Shown: one piece after another, positions 54,721 through 64,000 of the stretch | Numbering within the stretch: position 1 is the first letter of the stretch | How the letters are laid out: the number at the start of each line of letters is the position of its first letter | Assembly (NCBI GenBank): GCA_036172245.1 | Contig: JAYWIR010000047.1 | Coordinates: forward strand, 186,001-250,000 | DNA length: 64,000 nt | Origin: Raillietiella orientalis | Lineage: Eukaryota | Direction: 5' to 3' | Position numbers and translations under genes: made by a program | Notes under the pieces: generated by a model | The model's input: the letters and a program-made list of their open reading frames with translations, nothing else | What the model was told of the DNA's origin: nothing | Database searches by the model: none

Positions 54721-56858
54721 TATGTTCTGTATATTCGTAAAACCTTTGGCTCCGCATGAAGACAACACATGCAAGCCCTTTTTGCCCATTACCCTCCGGT
54801 GGACAAATTCTTACCGTTTCTTCAGTCGTCAATGAAAAATATGGAAGATACTGAATACGTGGGCATTCTCGGGAATGCGCCTATTTCTTTTATTAGTGGA
54901 CATTCCCTCATCCTGGTCCTAGTCCCGTGTGAAGCAAGTAGAGCAGCACAGAACACTTCGTCCATCGACCCATCCATCCTTTATTCCCATGAGTTTCCGT
55001 GACTTCAATAATCTGAACAGTTTTCAATGATTGAGTAGTAATCAGTGAAAGCCGGCGAAATTTTTGAAACCATAACGCTGGACGAAACTCATGCAAAGAC
55101 TGGACATGCATCTCGAACTGCTGTTTTATGAGCCAAACTGTCTGCAGGACACTCGGACCCCGTGCTTCATAAGGCTCATAACTGAGTTCGCTTTATCAGA
55201 TGGACTCATTGGGGCAAAACCGAAACACGGTTTTGTGGCTTCCTAAACATAACAGTAGCACGGAAGCATGAGGGCTTCTTCTTACACTTTTCATACAATC
55301 CGTAATTCTAACCGAGGATTTTGGGGCACGTTTCCATGAAAAAAAGAGATTCCCATTCCAATCATTCCATCAACCACCATTACGATTTCCAAACCTTACT
55401 GTCACAGGAACGACAGAAGGTTATATTGAAATGAGCAGTAGAATCATGTTCTTATCACATCCATCCAGTGGTACACTGAGGTTGCAACCACGTGCCTGGA
55501 TGACAAGGTCCAGGCTAGCTGGATGGCGTTTTTCTTTTGCAAGGTTTTCGGGAATTACTTGCCTTAGGATTTTGCGCAAATTTCTATCTTTCATCCTCAA
55601 TAGCTTCGATCTTCTCATGTGATTCCTTCGCAGGCATGACGAAATTTTCAGAATTCAGTGTTTTCAATGATTCAAAATTATTCCGCTAGCAGAATTCTTG
55701 GTTCTTTGTTCTGTTCCTGTTCAAACTGTTGCTTTAAGCACGAAATTGACATGCACGCTCGGGTCTTTGTGATCTACCGATGATTTGAACGTTTTTTGTT
55801 CTAACCAAACATTTCCTCCATTGCAAGAAAACTCTCATATTGCTGCCATATCTGGACAGCTCATTTTTTTCCCCTCAGACTTTGTTTCAGAACTAACTAC
55901 TGCAGTGTTTGCATTCGGCATTGCATGCTGCAATGAGAAGGCAATCTGTTTCCAAGGCCATCACTGCCTAGTTCCAAAAGGAGATCCAACGAAGGTACAT
56001 GCTTACATCCAAGTGGAGTCTTTCATTTTCAATTTCATCTCTGAGTCAACTCCCTATTAATATTCACCTTTTTACAATGTACTAAATTCTTACAAGAAAA
56101 GCTATTCACTTAGATATTCGACTAATCTGTGTTTTCATTACCTAAAAGGACATGAATAACCGGAATAATCAAACGCTGAGCCACTTGAATCCTGCTTTCA
56201 TACCAAAATTTTGATCCTCGCAATTAGAAAATTTTCACGAATCACTAATTTGGCATTGTGCTTAGTACATTAACCTAACCATTCAAAGTTTTGATGTGCT
56301 TATTTTTTCATCTATAGAAATGTCAAATTTTGATTGATGTGGAGTTGGCTACAAAACGACGGATTTTTGGAAATGCTCAGAACACTCTCAATGCATCCAC
56401 TCGAAACAAGTGAATTCTTTCTTTTATTCACTTGGTGGCAGTGCAGAAAAGCACAACAAAAGTTAATTCTGCCACTGCTAAGTGTGCACGAGTACACGTA
56501 TATGTACGCAGTTTCAAAAATAATTACCAAGGTGCGTAAGCACTAGAATTTTTTGCCGAGTCAAAAAATTTAACACCTACTGAAACTTGGCAGCACTGCA
56601 AAATATCACACACAAAATCCGGACATCGAGTTTTTTAAGCGTATGTGATGAAAAAAAAAAAAAGCTCATCAGATCAATTATAAAAAGATTTATTTACCAA
56701 AAAACATACAAACACATTTATTTATTATTAATCTCCGTCAAAATTCAGTATATCAGCTTTGAAATGTGTTAACACATCACTCATTTTATATTTTCCTATT
56801 CCAATGCTTCTTTATTACTGAGTGCATAAATACTGTCAACGAAAGAACCTTCACACAT

Positions 56859-58047
56859 TCATAACAAACTTGCAGAATCTGCATCTAGCAACCAGGTAAC
56901 AGTTCCTTCATCTGGTTTCACCAAGTTTGCTGGCATTGCAATCTTATCTTTAAGGAGATTCTACATATATTATCAACACCAATTATTTTGAACACATTTA
57001 TCATATTTACCTTAACAACCACTGCTTTTTCTTTTCCACTGACTAAAAATATAATACGCTTGGCTGCATTCAAAACTGGAAAGGTTAATGTGGTCCTTTC
57101 AGGAGGAGGTTTAGGAGACTTTGTAATAGGAAGTACCCATGCTTTTCTCTCATTTAATGATTCATCACCAGGGAAAAGGGAACACGTATGCCCATCAACT
57201 CCAATGCCCAGGAGAACCATCTCAAAACGAGGAAATTCTTCATCCGGGAACTCATTTCTTAACAAACTTTCATAGCTTTCTGCTGCCTTGTTTACTAAGG
57301 TTAAAAATGCCAATACACCAGTACAACACTTTATTCATATTGCAGTATTCTCACCACTGAAATGCGTATCAACAGGATAAAAGTTATTGCGGTTGAGTAT
57401 ACCTTTATCGATCAGTTTCGACTTATACTGACCATATGTGGATTCTTTGTCATCATAAGGAACACATCTTTCATCACAAAAAAATATTTTCCAGTGTTCA
57501 GTAGGTTTAGCATTTGATTCTAATGCCAGCGATAGGTACTTCAAAACAGTACCTCCTACATTGACAGACCATTAGTATTACAAAACACTGTCAACTTTTT
57601 TAAAAAGCACATTGCATACATTTGGTTACGATCGTGAACGTCTCTTATTACGTACACAGACAGCAAATACTTATACAGGCCCTGCTGCACACCAACAAGT
57701 CGAAAATGCCCCCCAAACAACCGAACGTATTCCATAACTTGTTCTCCTGATTTAACTATCCATTTCAGTTGTGACCCATTACAACGGTACTTTCGCCTGA
57801 GGCCATGCAATGCATTCATTCTTCAAAACCTCAATGGTGCGCGAGTTATTATCCTTACATTGAAACGTGCACATAAGAAAAATCAAGGACTGCTTTACAC
57901 GTGCTTTGAATGTCCTTACTATTTACCTGAGACTGCCAGAGTGAAGTTCCCAGACGACGACTTTCCATCGGTAGAGCTTCGACTTAATTCACCCAATAAT
58001 CTTTCGGTTATTTCATTATCGTCCTTGCACACAATTACTTCCACCAT
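56859..58047 (-). CDS. PGLS: 6-phosphogluconolactonase (235 aa)
   Basis: Exons 58047-57927, 57555-57355, 57294-57011, 56960-56859. Motifs FTLAVSGGT, IFFCDERCVP, LLGIGVDGHTCSLFP, SPKPPPERTTLTFPVLN, WLLDADSAS are typical of 6PGL. Confidence 0.95.
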
Positions 58048-58328
58048 GATTGCATTCGAAGATCTTCAAGTACTTTTTGCACGCATCCACACAACATATG
58101 ACGTGTGATCAATGTTTTTCTTCTTTTTCCGTTCGTTGGAGAGCACAAACGATCAACAGCACACTGCCCGGATACTTGCGACTCGCCACTGGTCGTTTAT
58201 TGCTCCAGGTGAAGAGTCACCGACTGATGCGTGATGGTCACGTACGTGCCCTCGAGGAGGAGGCGCGACCTGGCGCACCTCGCAGCTTCCCGGTGGCTCC
58301 GGCGGAGGGCCTGCAACGCGGCGGTCGG

Positions 58329-58359
58329 CTTGCATCAGTAGGTTTCCCGGATTGCGTCA
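58329..58359 (-). promoter_or_regulatory. Two C/EBP-ATF composite (ATF4-type) sites
   Basis: Reverse strand TGATGCAAG (58329-58337) and TGACGCAAT (58351-58359), adjacent to the ERSE. Confidence 0.55.
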
Positions 58360-58381
58360 CGGACGTTCGCGATGACGACAG

Positions 58382-58400
58382 CCAATCAGCGAGTTCCACG
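58382..58400 (+). promoter_or_regulatory. ER stress response element (ERSE) upstream of BiP
   Basis: Exact CCAAT-N9-CCACG: CCAATcagcgagttCCACG, about 195 bp upstream of the BiP ATG. Confidence 0.9.
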
Positions 58401-58594
58401 AAAGCCCGAGTTGATGTTCTGCAACGTGTATGCTCCGAATTGCATGCGTTCGGGCATTAATAAGGGCCGTGGAGGGTGTGCGAGCCAAAGTGAGGTGTTC
58501 CATGCGCCCGGAAGCGTGTGCGGTGTAAAGTGTATATGTCGTTCGACCACATTTCTGGTGCAGGACATTTTGTGATCAGGAAAAGAAACGGGAA

Positions 58595-60870
<2,276 letters not shown>

Positions 60871-60960
60871 TATCCCTGTATATGTTCCCTTCTATTTATA
60901 AGTCAATCAAGAATATCATGTCAGATGTATTTTATTCCCTTTATGTAAATTGTCAATAAA

Positions 60961-63387
60961 TCAAAAAATCCTTTGATTTTGCAATTGTACTTCCATCTCA
61001 CATTGGAAATATAACTCCTCTGAAGTCTTGAATAGTGAATGACTCTCGCCAAGAACTAACTGGAGAAGTTTGTGGGCTGCTTTCAAGTTACTTTGTGCAT
61101 CAGATAGATGCCCCAAATACAACTGCAATTTTCCCAACTGTAGATGTGTAGCTCCAACAAGTGGATGGTTTCCCATATACATACTAAGGTTAATATGTTT
61201 TTTTGTTCAATGTAAAAATGATACTGTACCAATAAAGTGGTATAAGCTTTTTTCCAAGTTCCAGTGCAGTCGCCCACTTCTTTTGTCTGATGTTTTCATG
61301 AAATGCAGCATCCATTGCTTTCATCAACCATATGTTTTCTGTCAAACAGTACATACTTAACTGCTTGATAATCAAATGTAAATCTGATACTAGGAGCATT
61401 TAAGAATTACAATATAATATGCATATTATACTGCAGAATAAAAAACGAGAACTGATTTTTAAGTCTTAGAAAATTACTAAATTTTTGTTTAAAATTGAGA
61501 TTAATGCACAAACACTGATGTCATGCCTTTTGCTTTACAAAGCACAGGTGGGTGACACAACCGCTACAAATCAAGTCCTCATCATTTATGATTCTAATAA
61601 TAATATAAAAAAAAAATCACTTTGTTGACTTCTCAACAAAGTTGCATAAGTTCATTCTCATTGATTCTAAAATAGGGCTGCATTACAGTTAAAAATCAAT
61701 ATCTCTTCAATTAAATAAGAGGATAGATCAGTTGACCAATTTTGCATTGTCTTGCAAGTACCAAGGATACAATTCTTGTCTTTAACTTGAGTCAGTTTTT
61801 CACATGTATGCTGTAAACTATAAAAGGTTTTCAACTGCTCTGCATTCCAACGGTTGCCACATACATTGCATGCCTGACATGCATCCATAGGTTCCACTAC
61901 TACCATGCTTCCAGAGCATTGGGATTGTACACAGTGCACTCGACACATTGCAGCATCTTCCTCAAAGTTCATACACTGAGGACACTCACACCAAAAATAA
62001 TACTTTTCCCACAATTCTTGACGTCTTTTCCAGCTAGGATTCAACAATTCTATGTAGTGGATTCGGATCTGTTACACATATTTATTGAAATTTGTATACA
62101 CAATTTGCTACTCACTGCTTCAAGATCAGACTCCCTGTTACCTCCCAATGACCTTATAGTTAGTTGTACACCATCGAAAACTGCTACTGCATTAGGTCTA
62201 CATGAATGATCCAATATGGAGGGGCCTAAATACAAACCCAAACCAATTGCTTCAGATAAATCAGCATTCATGATAGCAAATGTATTGATACACAACTAAA
62301 GATAATGACTAGTATCTGTATGCAACACTGTATTTACTTTTCCGTAAATTTCCAATAATTCATCATTTTGGGGAAAATTAGGGAAATCAAAATATTTTTC
62401 AAGTTCCATCTTAACTAATCCAAAATGTTTCATTCTATCCACGTCTTCTTGCATGGCTGCTTGATCTAGAAATGCAAATGTTTTAAATAGTGAACAGGAA
62501 CTAACACAGACTCACGAGACATAAGATCAGAAAAAGATCTTGACTTCCCATTGGGAAGGGTTTCAGAAACATCACCTTCCACCTAAAAGTTGTTCAATAT
62601 TTATCAAAAATTTGCCTAAATTACTTGCAATCTGTAAATGGCCCGAGCCATGTAACATGTAAAATCTGTGGGAATTACTGAAGCATATTTTTGTAAGCTT
62701 TTACATTCTATTCTGTGAAGTTTCCAATCACGTGATTGGCAGGATTTGTTACAGTACCACACATGTTGACACCCCTTGCATGTAAACAGTTTTTCTTTAC
62801 TAGAACATGCAAAACATGGAACTGAAACTTGGTAGATGAATTTGGCAAAATCTACTTGACTGCAGCATTCTATCAAACTGAATAAAGATGCTAACTACAT
62901 TCTTGTTGCTTAAAAAACTTGAAATTTATGATTCCCTAACTAAACAAAACAAATGTACAACAAACAAACGGAGGTAATAAATCTTGGCACAGCTTATTAC
63001 TCTTATCAAATACAAAACTAAGCCCAATTATCAATATTTGGAACAATACGAAGCAATACATCGGTTTGTTAAACGAAATTTTGCAAATTAAGCACGATTT
63101 CACATGGGTAATATGTTTGTCTAGTGGTTCAACCAAATTCAATAATTGCATGCCCGTAAAAAATTAGAAATTATCATTTCCAAATATTTTTCCGTGGTTC
63201 CCGGTGATCAACTCTTAGAATTTTGCCCATTTCTTGGCTCACGATACTTTTATTCCAAAGCTCACTTGCAACGATCACTTTACCTCATGAAACAACAGTC
63301 ACAATATAAACGTTTCCATTCTTTTGTTAGAATATGGAAACAAGGTGTTGAAGACATTATTTGGGAACTTCTATAACTGCTCGTCAT
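60961..63387 (-). CDS. SMYD3: SMYD-family (SMYD3-like) SET/MYND lysine methyltransferase (~442 aa)
   Basis: Exons 63387-63284, 62799-62625, 62582-62516, 62465-62338, 62295-62116, 62068-61771, 61383-61230, 61183-60961. MYND finger (CDCC...CKGC...YCNKSCQSRDWKLHRIEC), SET motif GLYLGPSILDHSCRPN, post-SET YYFWCECPQC, TPR-like C-terminus (YMGNHPLVG). The symbol denotes the family; exact orthology is untested. Confidence 0.92.
61384..61770 (-). other. Probable U12-type (minor spliceosome) GT-AG intron in the SMYD gene
   Basis: 5' splice site GTATCCTT (61770-61763); branch-like TTCTTAAAT (61406-61398) close to the AG; splicing preserves the reading frame. Confidence 0.8.
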
Positions 63388-64000
63388 ATTCTCTGGATTC
63401 CGTGTTTGCTGATCATCAAATAATTGAATCTTCCTAGTTGGTCGAATTGAGCTTAAAGTTTCTGTTCTCCATCACTTAAGCTATGGCACAAGTTTGAATC
63501 CATTACACACTTTCCTTTATAAAAGTTATACATATCAGTGTTATCATTATTGCAGAGAATGCCAGTCACGTCTGCTATTATCTATAATAGTGTTGGACAT
63601 GATTTATAATCATAAATGGGAAGACCTTGGTCAGTCCTATCCATTAACTACAAACCAGCGGTTCAATAACCCCATGCTAAGCTGGCCAGCAATTTCAAAA
63701 ATCGCAAGTTGACGCAACTGAAGGATGACCACTTTGTGTAACAGTTAACTAATGAACTCTGGTGCATTAAATAGCAAAACTTTCATACATACAACTTTAT
63801 TACATGGAAGAAGATAAACAAAGTTGTGATAAAGTAACAGAAATCAGGGAGTCACCTCAGTTGCAGGTAAGAGGTTCTCATAAAAATTCATTCACGACAA
63901 AGCACAAAAAGCTGTTTGATAATTTCGAACAAAAGCATTCCATGGAAAAGTACAGGTGCAATTTTAGGAGATTTTTCTGCAAAACAAGATAACAGTAATT

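Overview
Eukaryotic genomic DNA, most likely arthropod (inferred from protein sequences and many 42-60 nt GT-AG introns). Five spliced protein-coding genes can be assembled by hand. (1) A minus-strand gene of about 490 aa spread over about 1.3-17.8 kb that the ORF track does not show as a unit; it has a degenerate EF-hand-like C-terminus and the motif RFELPMNLELLRSMTPLEYL. (2) A multi-C2H2 zinc-finger gene of about 2,400 aa (+, 35180-47535) with PxVxL and H3K9-like motifs. (3) 6-phosphogluconolactonase (-). (4) ER Hsp70 BiP (+, ends KDEL), head-to-head with PGLS across a 547-bp spacer carrying a perfect ERSE. (5) A SMYD-family SET/MYND methyltransferase (-), tail-to-tail with BiP and containing a probable U12 minor-spliceosome intron. 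The GC-rich first 30 kb and 47.5-56 kb are mostly decayed mobile DNA. This includes an interspersed repeat family (at least 4-5 copies) combining a hammerhead-ribozyme-like core, duplicated tRNA T-arm/B-box motifs, a ~40-nt tandem array and an A-rich tail, plus a Tigger/pogo deletion derivative with intact TIRs and TA duplications. All alignments and folds were done by eye; no database searches were run.
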